A stretch of DNA of 64,000 nt from positions 14,110 to 78,109 of the forward strand of contig JAYTOU010000051.1 of the NCBI GenBank assembly GCA_043747615.1. The letters are read 5' to 3'. Source of the DNA: Myxococcales bacterium (GTDB taxonomy: Bacteria > Myxococcota_A > Polyangia > Polyangiales > Polyangiaceae). The notes below the pieces were generated by a model. It searched no databases. It saw only the letters and a program-made list of their open reading frames with translations, and had not been told where the DNA came from. Shown one piece after another: positions 50,928 through 59,383 of this stretch (its first letter is position 1; every line of letters begins with the position of its first letter). Both the position numbers and the translations under genes were made by a program.

Positions 50928-52022
50928 ATGATCTCTTCCTTGAAGCCCTTTGGCGCGGTCGCAGTGGTCACCTTGCTCGCGGCGTTCGGCGCATGCAGCT
51001 CGAACAACATCGTCAGGATCACTGGCAGCGGCCACGACGACGGCGGCGTCGGAGACGATGGCGGTCTCGCAGACGGAGCGGCGGGCGACGGCGGCTCTGG
51101 AAAAGACGGCGCCATCCTAGGTCCCATTCCACTGACGGCTAACGTGAAGATCATCGCGGAGCCGAACGGGAACGATGCAAGTGAGCTCGTCGCAGCGATC
51201 AACGCGGCCACGAAGTCCGTGCACGTCATCATGTATCTCTTCACGTCCACGGCGGTCGAGACCGCCCTCGTCGCGAAGAAGAACGCCGGCCTCGACGTGA
51301 AGGTCATGCTGAACAAAACCTTTCCGGCCGGTGGCAGCAACGCCGGGATGTACTCGAGCCTCCAGAGCAGTGGCGTTTCCGTGCAGTATGCACCCGTCAA
51401 CTTGACTCACGAGAAGTGCGTCATCATCGACGGGGCTGTGGCGTGGATCATGACGATGAACACGACCCAGTCCGCTCCCACCTCAAATCGTGAGTACCTT
51501 GCGATCGACAAGGACACCGACGACGTCGCGGAAGCCGAGGCGATCTTCGAGGCCGACTGGGCGAACGCGCCTCCTACGGCGGTGACGGGAAAGCTTCTCG
51601 TTGCGCCGATCAATGCGCGGGAACGACTGCTCGGTCTCGTGAACAGCGCGACGACGAGCATCGACATCGAGGGCGAAGAATTCTCGGATACGCAGATCAC
51701 CCTAGCGATCGCCGCCAAAGCAGACACGGGCGTGAAGGTGCGGCTCGTCGTCTCGAGCGCCACGCCCACGGCATCGCAGAGCGGGGCGATCAACGTTCTG
51801 AAGATGCATGGCGGGGCCAAAGTGGTCAGCACCGCCAACCCAACGATTCACGCGAAGGCCATCGTCGTCGACGGCAAAGCCGTCTATGTCGGCTCGGCGA
51901 ACTTCACGACGGGCTCGCTCAACTACAACCGCGAGCTCGGGATCATCACCGGCACGGCGCCGGAGGTCTCGGTCGTCGCCAACGCAATCCAAACGGACTT
52001 CGCGGCCGGCACCCCTCTCTAG
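50928..52022 (+). CDS. Phospholipase D superfamily lipoprotein (two HKD motifs)
   Basis: Lipobox FGAC; HEKCVIID and HAKAIVVD...GSAN, NRE. Confidence 0.9.
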   Translation: MISSLKPFGAVAVVTLLAAFGACSSNNIVRITGSGHDDGGVGDDGGLADGAAGDGGSGKDGAILGPIPLTANVKIIAEPNGNDASELVAAINAATKSVHVIMYLFTSTAVETALVAKKNAGLDVKVMLNKTFPAGGSNAGMYSSLQSSGVSVQYAPVNLTHEKCVIIDGAVAWIMTMNTTQSAPTSNREYLAIDKDTDDVAEAEAIFEADWANAPPTAVTGKLLVAPINARERLLGLVNSATTSIDIEGEEFSDTQITLAIAAKADTGVKVRLVVSSATPTASQSGAINVLKMHGGAKVVSTANPTIHAKAIVVDGKAVYVGSANFTTGSLNYNRELGIITGTAPEVSVVANAIQTDFAAGTPL

Positions 52023-52083
52023 TCACTCTCGGGTCTAGTCACTCTCGGGTCTAGTCACTCTCGGATCTAGTCACTCTCGGATC
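52018..52083. repeat. 16-bp tandem repeat TCTAGTCACTCTCGG(G/A) x4
   Basis: Units at 52018, 52034, 52050 and 52066; the first contains the PLD stop codon; no spacers. Confidence 0.95.
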
Positions 52084-52110
52084 AAAGGGGTGCATCCCCG
52101 GACGGCGCCA

Positions 52111-53688
52111 CTATTTCGCGACAGGCGCGCCGGGCAGAAAATCGATGTCGGGCACGGCAGTCGCCGCTCCGCATGCGCCGCCTCCGACACCGAGCACGGA
52201 GCCATCGAGGAGCGTAACTGCCGTCCACTCGGTGTTTGGGTTCGGAAGCTTCGCGAAGACCGTCACCTTTCCTAGGATTGGATCCACCTGGTCGACGGAG
52301 TCTGCGAGCGACGTGCACGAGTTGTCCACGGTGTACCCGCCCATCACGAGCACGCTCCCGTCGCGCACGAGCGCGCTCGCGTGCCACGTTCGTCCGATGG
52401 TCAGCGCATACGGAAGAGTGGCGAAGGCATTGAGCGTGGGGTCGAACGCTTCCATCGTGGCAAGGGGCAAGTGGATCGCGCCGGCCGAGATGCTCGACCC
52501 GCCGATGATGAGCACTCGTCCGTCCGGCAGGGTGTGCGCGGTGAGCATGGAACGACCTTCCTTCAACGCACCGACGGAAGTGAACGCGTTCGTCTCAGGG
52601 TCGAAGGTCTCCGCGGCGGTGACCGTTCCATCGCCGCCACCGAGGAGGGCCCGGCCATCGCGCAGCCTCACCATGAAGCCGTAAATGTGGCCTTGCGTGT
52701 GAGGGAGCATGGTGAAGGCGTCGAGATCTGGATCGTAAATCTCGACGCTCGCGTCGCCCGCGGAGGAGACGAGGACGCGCCCGTCGGCGAGGAGCACCGA
52801 GCGCGTGTACGTGCGCGGCAGGTTCAGCGGGCCCTTCGTCGGCGTGAAGGTGTTGGTCGTCGGGTCGAAGAGATCGGCGATCGTCGCGCCCGTAGCTGTT
52901 GCAGCGCCGACCACCAAAACCTTGCCGTTCATCAGGGTTATCGCGCTGCTGTGCCACCGCGGCGTAGACATCTTGCCTGCGGCCATGGTCACCGTGTCGG
53001 TCGAGCGCGTGTAGATCTCCGCGCTGTCGAGGGCCAAGGCGGCGTTGTCGGGCACAGTCGTTCCGCCGGCGATGAGCACCCGCCCGTCTTGAAGGACGGC
53101 TATCCCGGGATCTTCGCCGCGCACGAGCGCCATCGGCTTTTGCTGCCACGGCGTCGTTAGGCCCGCATCGATGTATTGAACGACGTTCTTGAGCGTTGCC
53201 TTCATCGGCCCGACGGAGATGGTGAGGTCTTGATTTCCTAGCGGGCCCGGCGGCGTGAGGAGGAGGGCGTTCGACGAATCGATGACGCGGAGCGGAGCGC
53301 GTCCGTCGCCCACCATGGCGCGCATCTTCGGTACGAACCCCGACCCGGTGAGCTTCACGTACTGCCCGCCGCTTCGCCACAGACGCGCGATGTCCACCTT
53401 CGTCACGGAGAATGCGCAGGCCGCGGTGCCCACGCACACGCCGCCGCAGCACTGGCTTCCGGTGTCGCAGGCGATCGCGCAGTCGCCGCAGTGGGTGACG
53501 TCGTTCGACGTGTCGACGCACACGGTGCCGCACGCGTTTTCGGTCGGCTTACAGGCGGGCGGGGCAGCCTCGGCGGGGGCAGCGTCGCTGTCTGCGAATC
53601 CACTGTTGCCGGTGCTACCGCAGGCGCAGCCGGGGATGACGGCGAACGAGCAACCAAGGAAAAAGACGACCGCGAGAAGACCACGCAT
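52111..53688 (-). CDS. Kelch-repeat + IPT/TIG + Cys-rich secreted/lipoprotein
   Basis: CVDTSNDVTHCGDC repeat, GGQYVKLTGSGF (TIG), repeated L.DGRVL..GG / E.YDP kelch blades. Confidence 0.85.
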   Translation of the reverse strand: MRGLLAVVFFLGCSFAVIPGCACGSTGNSGFADSDAAPAEAAPPACKPTENACGTVCVDTSNDVTHCGDCAIACDTGSQCCGGVCVGTAACAFSVTKVDIARLWRSGGQYVKLTGSGFVPKMRAMVGDGRAPLRVIDSSNALLLTPPGPLGNQDLTISVGPMKATLKNVVQYIDAGLTTPWQQKPMALVRGEDPGIAVLQDGRVLIAGGTTVPDNAALALDSAEIYTRSTDTVTMAAGKMSTPRWHSSAITLMNGKVLVVGAATATGATIADLFDPTTNTFTPTKGPLNLPRTYTRSVLLADGRVLVSSAGDASVEIYDPDLDAFTMLPHTQGHIYGFMVRLRDGRALLGGGDGTVTAAETFDPETNAFTSVGALKEGRSMLTAHTLPDGRVLIIGGSSISAGAIHLPLATMEAFDPTLNAFATLPYALTIGRTWHASALVRDGSVLVMGGYTVDNSCTSLADSVDQVDPILGKVTVFAKLPNPNTEWTAVTLLDGSVLGVGGGACGAATAVPDIDFLPGAPVAK

Positions 53689-53797
53689 TCGTCGACGATG
53701 GTCGGATCTCGCATCCGCTGCAAGCCCCGGTGCGATTATGCCAGCGAGACGATACGGGGTGCGCTCCGTCGAGCTCGCGTGCGAGACGCGGCGCGGG

Positions 53798-55216
53798 CTA
53801 CGGGCGATCGAAGCGGGTCGCGTACATGACCGCGCCATCCGCGCCGCGGTAGTACGCGAGATGCGGACGCGCGTCGGAGTCGACGGCGATATCGACCAGT
53901 GTGGGCGACGAGCCCGTCGCGAGAACGTTGTCGTCGACGGTGTCGGAGACCCAGCTGATCTTGCCAGCGACGCGCTTCTGCCGTCGGTATTCGAGGTACC
54001 CCGTGCCTCCAGTCTGGGGTGTGACGATGGCGAGGTGGATCATGCCATAGCGGTCGGTAGCCATCGCAACGCGGTAGAGCGGGGCACTCGCATTGGGCGA
54101 TGGGATTGATTGATCGAGCACGGGATCGACGATGGTGACGGTCGGGGTGTCCGTGGAGGAGATCCATGACGCCAATCGGAGCTGAGCAACGACGGCGCCC
54201 GTCGGGCGGAAGTAGTATGCGGCGTAGCGCGTCTGATCGACGATCCCCAGGGCAATGCTGAAGCCCGAGATGCCCATCAGATCCGCGTTGTCGAGCGTCT
54301 TCGTCGTCGTCCATCCGGTTCCTGCAAACTGCACGTACCGCGGATCGGATGCGCCCGACACGCGCGGATTGTGGAAGGCAACATGCGGCGAGCCGACCTG
54401 ATCGATGACCTCACTCACTTGACCGGTGCCGACGACGCCGGCGTCCGAGATCCCAGGATGAACGATGGTCGGCGCTCCCCAGCCTGCGCTCGAGCGCAGC
54501 TTGGAATAGAGCGTGGTCTGCGAAGGATCGTAGTAAACCGCGCGTACGTCGCCGTTAGGAAGTACGGCGAGCGCGATCTCCGAGGACTGCGCAATCCCGG
54601 TGGCGATCGTTTCGGCGGTCGAGGGCGGTCCGGTCGGGTCGATCGTCGCGTAGACGATCTCGCTGTTCGAAGTCTGGTAGGCGACATGAATGCGCGCCCC
54701 CGTACCTGCCGCGGCACGGGCCACGAAGCCGAAGTTGTCGAACTGCGAACCGGCGAGGACCGCGATCGCAGGATCCGGCGACAAGCCCGCGTCGCTCAGC
54801 GAGCTCGGACGCGCGAAGGTCGCCACGTGGAGCTCGCCTTGATCGGCGGAGAGCTTCGAGTTGTAGGCCACCCCGACACGCAGCGTGCTCGTCACCACCA
54901 CCGACAGCGCGGTCGTGTCGAGGATCCCGCGCTCGATGACTACCACCGAGCGGTTCACGCAGTTGGGGTCCGCGCGATTCGGCTTCGTCCACGCTTCTGC
55001 GCAGGCAAAGTCGGGAGGGCTGTCGCCCTTAGGGCCAGCGTCGCCCGCATCTGCCGCGAGAACGACCTCGGGCCCTCCGGCGTCGGAGCTCGGCCCGTCG
55101 CTCAGGCCCGCGTCGTCCCCGCCATCGACGCGGTCGACCGGCGCGTTCCGGAAATCAGAGCAAGCCGCGACCGCCGCGGAGGCGACAACCAGCGATAGAG
55201 CGATGCGTTGCAGCAC
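53798..55216 (-). CDS. Hypothetical beta-propeller-like lipoprotein
   Basis: Lipobox VAAC; repeated (I/P)HVAY/HLAYY blade motifs. Confidence 0.7.
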   Translation of the reverse strand: MLQRIALSLVVASAAVAACSDFRNAPVDRVDGGDDAGLSDGPSSDAGGPEVVLAADAGDAGPKGDSPPDFACAEAWTKPNRADPNCVNRSVVVIERGILDTTALSVVVTSTLRVGVAYNSKLSADQGELHVATFARPSSLSDAGLSPDPAIAVLAGSQFDNFGFVARAAAGTGARIHVAYQTSNSEIVYATIDPTGPPSTAETIATGIAQSSEIALAVLPNGDVRAVYYDPSQTTLYSKLRSSAGWGAPTIVHPGISDAGVVGTGQVSEVIDQVGSPHVAFHNPRVSGASDPRYVQFAGTGWTTTKTLDNADLMGISGFSIALGIVDQTRYAAYYFRPTGAVVAQLRLASWISSTDTPTVTIVDPVLDQSIPSPNASAPLYRVAMATDRYGMIHLAIVTPQTGGTGYLEYRRQKRVAGKISWVSDTVDDNVLATGSSPTLVDIAVDSDARPHLAYYRGADGAVMYATRFDRP

Positions 55217-55293
55217 CCGCTAACATTAGCGCTTTCGACCAACCACGGCACCATTCTCTATGAGGCAGCGTTTTGCGCGCTCGGAATCCGCTC

Positions 55294-55785
55294 TCAGGGG
55301 AGAGAGAGCGCCTCGCTGCATGCCGCCGTGTCGGTCGATCCCGCGAGCCACGACAGGAGGCAGGTGTCGCGTGCGTCTCCCTTGACGACGATGGCACCGC
55401 CCGTGTGTTTCTCCGTCCCGCGTGCCTTGCGGATGAACGTCAAGCGCTCAGGATTCGCGCCATGATCGGCGACGACGGAGCTCATGATCTCTGGCTCGAG
55501 AGTCACGATGGACGCGTACGTTGCGTCGACCTCCGCCGGCGTCGTCTGCCCGCCGCCCGGGATGTCGCCGACGCCGAGCCGCATCCCGTCACTGCCCCAC
55601 ACGCGCAAATTTCGGTAGCGCGTGCCGTGGCAATCGAGCGAGCCGCAGCGATGATCCAGGAACCCGGCGACCTTGTCGAACGACGCTCTGTCGGGCGCGG
55701 CCACGGGGGTCACCGCCGCGGAGTCGGGCGTCGAACAACCCTCGATGAGCGCGAGCGCGATGAGCAGCGCTGTGTGCGATTTCAT
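55294..55785 (-). CDS. Lipoprotein with atypical CxxxxCH haem-type motif
   Basis: Lipobox IEGC; RCGSLDCHG; KARG.EKH.GG; ATG overlaps the upstream TGA. Confidence 0.7.
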   Translation of the reverse strand: MKSHTALLIALALIEGCSTPDSAAVTPVAAPDRASFDKVAGFLDHRCGSLDCHGTRYRNLRVWGSDGMRLGVGDIPGGGQTTPAEVDATYASIVTLEPEIMSSVVADHGANPERLTFIRKARGTEKHTGGAIVVKGDARDTCLLSWLAGSTDTAACSEALSLP

Positions 55786-56297
55786 CAACGGGCCCCTCCG
55801 TCCGGAAAGAGCGAGGCGGTGGGAACGAGGTAGATGCGCCCCGCTGAAATGCGGCTCGACGGATCGACGTGGCAACCCGCGCACGAACCCTCGCGACCAA
55901 TGATCGAGCTCATCGTGGCGGTGAATCCGCCAAAGGCGACGGCGACGCGCAGCGGATAAACAGGCTGCCACACGGACGCCTCCACGTAGAACGTGCCGGC
56001 GGCGTTGCTCGTCGCGGTGAACGCGGATCCGTTTGCGTCGGTGAGAAAGACGCTTGCCCCAGCGAGCGGTGCGTCGCTTCCGCGCACGCCGTACACGGTT
56101 CCGGCGACGCTCATCACCGGGGTCGACGTCGTCCCGTCGTGACAGACGAGGCAAGGCTGGCCGGCGCGGTGAAGCGGACCAGGAGAGACTCCGGGAGCTT
56201 CGTCGCCGAGATCGGAGGTGGCTTCACTCTTCACCGGATCGAGCGAGCAAGTCATCGCACCGACCGCAAGTGCCGCGAGCGCGAGGCGCCTCACCAT
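55785..56297 (-). CDS. Dihaem c-type lipoprotein with carboxypeptidase-regulatory-like beta domain
   Basis: HRAGQPCLVCH and CAGCH flank AGTVY...TSNAAGTF; lipobox-like AMTC. Confidence 0.75.
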   Translation of the reverse strand: MVRRLALAALAVGAMTCSLDPVKSEATSDLGDEAPGVSPGPLHRAGQPCLVCHDGTTSTPVMSVAGTVYGVRGSDAPLAGASVFLTDANGSAFTATSNAAGTFYVEASVWQPVYPLRVAVAFGGFTATMSSIIGREGSCAGCHVDPSSRISAGRIYLVPTASLFPDGGAR

Positions 56298-57451
56298 GAC
56301 GCCTCCAGAGACAGCGCACCGAGCGCGGCCGTGCGGCGCTTGATGTACAGATCGTCAAGGAATCCGGTGTATGTCATGTCGAACGTCGCGCCGAGGACCC
56401 ACGCATCGAGACGCGAGCGCGGACCGATAGCCCATCGCGCGGTGCCACCGGCGGTGAGGTTCATCAGCGGACCGAGCTCCCGATCCCCCGTGCGAAGGGC
56501 GGGAACGGCGTTGCCGGTGGCGACGTAGGCGAGCTTCCAGAAAGACACGGCGGATTGAACGTAATACCGAAGGTGCGGCCCGATGGACCAGCGCTGCGAG
56601 ACGTCGCAAAGAAGACGCCCGTCCCCCGCGAAGGCTTTCAGGCTCCACGAGTCGTCGTAAAGCGTGCCCTCGACGCGCGCGGTCGCGTGATCGAAGCGAT
56701 GCGCGAGGCGCGCTGTGACGCCGAAACGATCGCGGGAGAGGGGCAGTCGTTCTAGGACGCTCTCGGGAAGGCGCAGGCGGGTAACGACGTCGAGCGTCGC
56801 GCCGGCGGGCACCGACGGAGCCACCGAGGGGGCGAAGAGAGGAATGTAGCGGTAGGGTTTGGACGAGTCTCCGACGTCGAGCGTGAAGTCAGCCGTGAGA
56901 GAGACGACGGTGCGGCGGTCGACGACGGACGTCAGGCCTGCCGTGATTGCGTGCTGCCCGAAGGAGTGCGAGTAGATCGAAAACGGGGTCCCGGTGCGGC
57001 CGATCAGGTTGTGTCCGTAGCCGTAGCCAACGATGAGCGAGAGGTTCTTCTCGTTCAAATCGCGCGTGAGAAATCCGCCCGCGGCATAGGCGACGTAGTC
57101 GGGCTCGTTCGACGTGGAGACCTCGACGGAGCCTCCCCAGGCACCCGGCTTGTAGGAACCGCGCACGCTTCCGGCATGGCGAACCTCGCTCCAGCGCCGC
57201 GACGCAGTCGAGACGATGTCGACGGACGCCGCGGACACCACGTCGACGACGTACGATCCATCGACGGACCATCCGGCAGTCGGATTCTCGACGTGTCCCG
57301 CGACGCTCGGCGTCAGGACCGCAACGTGATCGGTGTCTGAATAGGCGGCCACGTCGGTCGACGCGCGCTCCACGAGCTTTCCGTCGTCGGCGTCGGCCGC
57401 GCTGACCCACGCAAGTACAGCAGCGGCGAGGAGCCCGCTTCTCAATTGCAT
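56291..57451 (-). CDS. DUF3570 outer-membrane beta-barrel
   Basis: YSDTDHV, VDVVSAASVD, SNEPDY, KPYR, ERLP..R, YDDSW, RYYVQ, GDRELG; terminal Trp. Confidence 0.82.
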   Translation of the reverse strand: MQLRSGLLAAAVLAWVSAADADDGKLVERASTDVAAYSDTDHVAVLTPSVAGHVENPTAGWSVDGSYVVDVVSAASVDIVSTASRRWSEVRHAGSVRGSYKPGAWGGSVEVSTSNEPDYVAYAAGGFLTRDLNEKNLSLIVGYGYGHNLIGRTGTPFSIYSHSFGQHAITAGLTSVVDRRTVVSLTADFTLDVGDSSKPYRYIPLFAPSVAPSVPAGATLDVVTRLRLPESVLERLPLSRDRFGVTARLAHRFDHATARVEGTLYDDSWSLKAFAGDGRLLCDVSQRWSIGPHLRYYVQSAVSFWKLAYVATGNAVPALRTGDRELGPLMNLTAGGTARWAIGPRSRLDAWVLGATFDMTYTGFLDDLYIKRRTAALGALSLEASW

Positions 57452-57672
57452 CCGCAGCCGCTCTCGGCCACCGCTCCACTTCGGGTGGCGCCCTCATGGA
57501 CCGCGAGCACGTGCTGAGCCGCTGGGCCGGAGACGTCCGCCGCCGTCATGTCCGGCCGAGCGATCGCCCCGCGCTCGTACGGCGCGACGTGCGTGCACGC
57601 AGAGGAGACTGCGACGAGCCACGTCAGAAGCGCGCTGCGCGTTAGTTGTTGGGCGCGCCGCACACGAACCAT
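57442..57672 (-). CDS. DUF4266 small lipoprotein
   Basis: ACTHVAPYERG.IA...M...H...EGA...GCGCN*; directly upstream of DUF3570. Confidence 0.85.
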   Translation of the reverse strand: MVRVRRAQQLTRSALLTWLVAVSSACTHVAPYERGAIARPDMTAADVSGPAAQHVLAVHEGATRSGAVAESGCGCN

Positions 57673-58097
57673 TGCAAGAACTCCGTTCGCTCCTCGTGCG
57701 ACATCGCTGCGTCAGGCCCCGCGTCCGCCGGCGGCATGAGGCACCCGTTGATTTGAACGAAGGCCGTCGTCTCGATCCGGGTGAGGTTCTTGTACGTGCT
57801 GAGATCGCGATCGGACGCAACGCCACCACGCGAATGGCAGGGGAGGCATGTCCGCTTCGCGAGCGGCGCAATATCCAGCGCGTAGCTCGGCGCTTGCGGG
57901 CAGCTGCTCGGAAGCGCGCCTACGCACGTGACTTGCGGCGCCGAATCGGGAGTGAATGCGCCTTCCTTGTCGGGCACATTAGGATCGTTCCCGTGGACGT
58001 CGGTGCACCCGGCGATCAGGATCAAGGTGAGCAGAGCGAGGGCCAGCGCTCCTCGCGCACCGTCAGGGAAGCGTAACGCGGAACGCGGCGTGTCCAT
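57642..58097 (-). CDS. Monohaem cytochrome c lipoprotein
   Basis: Lipobox IAGC; PSYALDIAP...CLPCH...MPP...LQW...GAP. Confidence 0.78.
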   Translation of the reverse strand: MDTPRSALRFPDGARGALALALLTLILIAGCTDVHGNDPNVPDKEGAFTPDSAPQVTCVGALPSSCPQAPSYALDIAPLAKRTCLPCHSRGGVASDRDLSTYKNLTRIETTAFVQINGCLMPPADAGPDAAMSHEERTEFLQWFVCGAPNN

Positions 58098-58773
58098 GCG
58101 GTGAGTCGGGGCTGTCAGTGCAGTCATCATGGAAGTGAAAACGAACGGTCCATTGGCCCGCACGGTCGAACACGATGTTGCCAGTGTACACGCCCGCGCC
58201 GGCTGTGGTCTCGGTCAAGGTCGTCACCGTCGGGCTGGGGTGCGTGCTCTTGTTGTCGCAGGCCGCTGCGGGGTCTGTCGGAATGAAGACTTCGGTGATG
58301 AGGCCCGTGAGCATGCTCGTGACCGGCGTGCTGCCTCCCTTCAGCGTGACCGACACTGTAAACGGGACGCCTCCCGCCCCCTGGCAGAGCGCGCCCGCCG
58401 TCCACTTGACGTGGTACTTGCAATCGTCGTCGTCCGCCTCCTGGCCGTACATCGTCGCGCCCCAATCACACGTGGAGCCAGCGTCGGCGCCTGCGTCCAG
58501 GGGAGCGCCTGCCTCCGCGGTGCATGCCGCTGCGTTAATCACCTGCACCGGCATCCCCATGCAATGCGTGTCCGGCGGCCCAGCGGTCGTTATGCCAGGG
58601 CTCGCGCACGTGGCGGGCGCGGTGTCTTTGTTGTTGGCCGAGTCGCGCGCGCCAGAGTCGCCGCCCGGATTGTTCGTGGTCGACGAGCAAGCGCCAATGA
58701 CGGCCATCACTGCGATTGCCGGCAGGATCGCTGCGATTCCGAACGAGCTCGCCACCACCGATTTCTTAAGCAT
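58063..58773 (-). CDS. His/Cys-rich lipoprotein with YtkA/FixH-like Ig fold
   Basis: AGGAG RBS; lipobox IGAC; DTHC, DDDDCKYH, THPSP, GVYTGNIVFDRAGQWTVRFHFHDDC...HGHAAF. Confidence 0.7.
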   Translation of the reverse strand: MLKKSVVASSFGIAAILPAIAVMAVIGACSSTTNNPGGDSGARDSANNKDTAPATCASPGITTAGPPDTHCMGMPVQVINAAACTAEAGAPLDAGADAGSTCDWGATMYGQEADDDDCKYHVKWTAGALCQGAGGVPFTVSVTLKGGSTPVTSMLTGLITEVFIPTDPAAACDNKSTHPSPTVTTLTETTAGAGVYTGNIVFDRAGQWTVRFHFHDDCTDSPDSPHGHAAFRVTLP

Positions 58774-58909
58774 TCGACACTCCTTGAAGCTGCGGGCAAT
58801 CGACGAAGCAGCACGGCGCACGAGAGCGTAGCGACTTGAAGGGCCACGCCGTTAGCCCTAGCACGCTACGCGCATGGGATGCTTCCAGCCTGCGCCAAAT
58901 TGCGGCATC

Positions 58910-58930
58910 GCACCTCGGTGTGCGAGGTGC
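58910..58930. promoter_or_regulatory. Perfect 8-bp inverted repeat in the divergent promoter
   Basis: GCACCTCG-GTGTG-CGAGGTGC, 12 nt upstream of ATG 58943. Confidence 0.45.
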
Positions 58931-58942
58931 CACACTGACCCC

Positions 58943-59383
58943 ATGGCTCGACGTTGCCTGCTCGCGCTGCTGGTCGCTCTCGTCGGCTGCGGCACGTCAA
59001 CGCCCGTCGCGCCAGCGGACAGCGCAGATGGCGCAACGTTGCCCGCCGCCCCCCTTCGCACGATCAACACCGACGCCGGCAAGCTACGGGTCGACATCCG
59101 CACCGGTCCGCAGCAGCCGCCCTCGCGGGGCACGCAAACCATCGAGCTCGCGATCGTCGATGCGATGACGAACGCTCCAGCGACCGGGCTCACGATCGTG
59201 GTCGTCCCCTGGATGCCAGCGATGGGCCACGGCACGTCGCTCACTCCGTCAGTCAACGAAGTTTCGCCGGGAACGTACGTGATCACCAACGTCGGCTTCT
59301 TCATGCCCGGGACGTGGGAGCTCCGCACGGTAATCTCGGGTCCAGTTGCGGATCATGCGGCGCCATCGTTCCAGATTCCATAA
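58943..59383 (+). CDS. YtkA/FixH-like lipoprotein
   Basis: Lipobox LVGC; VPWMPAMGHG, GTY...FFMPGTWEL, DHA. Confidence 0.75.
   Translation: MARRCLLALLVALVGCGTSTPVAPADSADGATLPAAPLRTINTDAGKLRVDIRTGPQQPPSRGTQTIELAIVDAMTNAPATGLTIVVVPWMPAMGHGTSLTPSVNEVSPGTYVITNVGFFMPGTWELRTVISGPVADHAAPSFQIP

Noticed and set aside
52018..52083. Possible mini-CRISPR array
   Set aside because: The units are contiguous 16-mers with no unique spacers, and there are no cas genes in the window.
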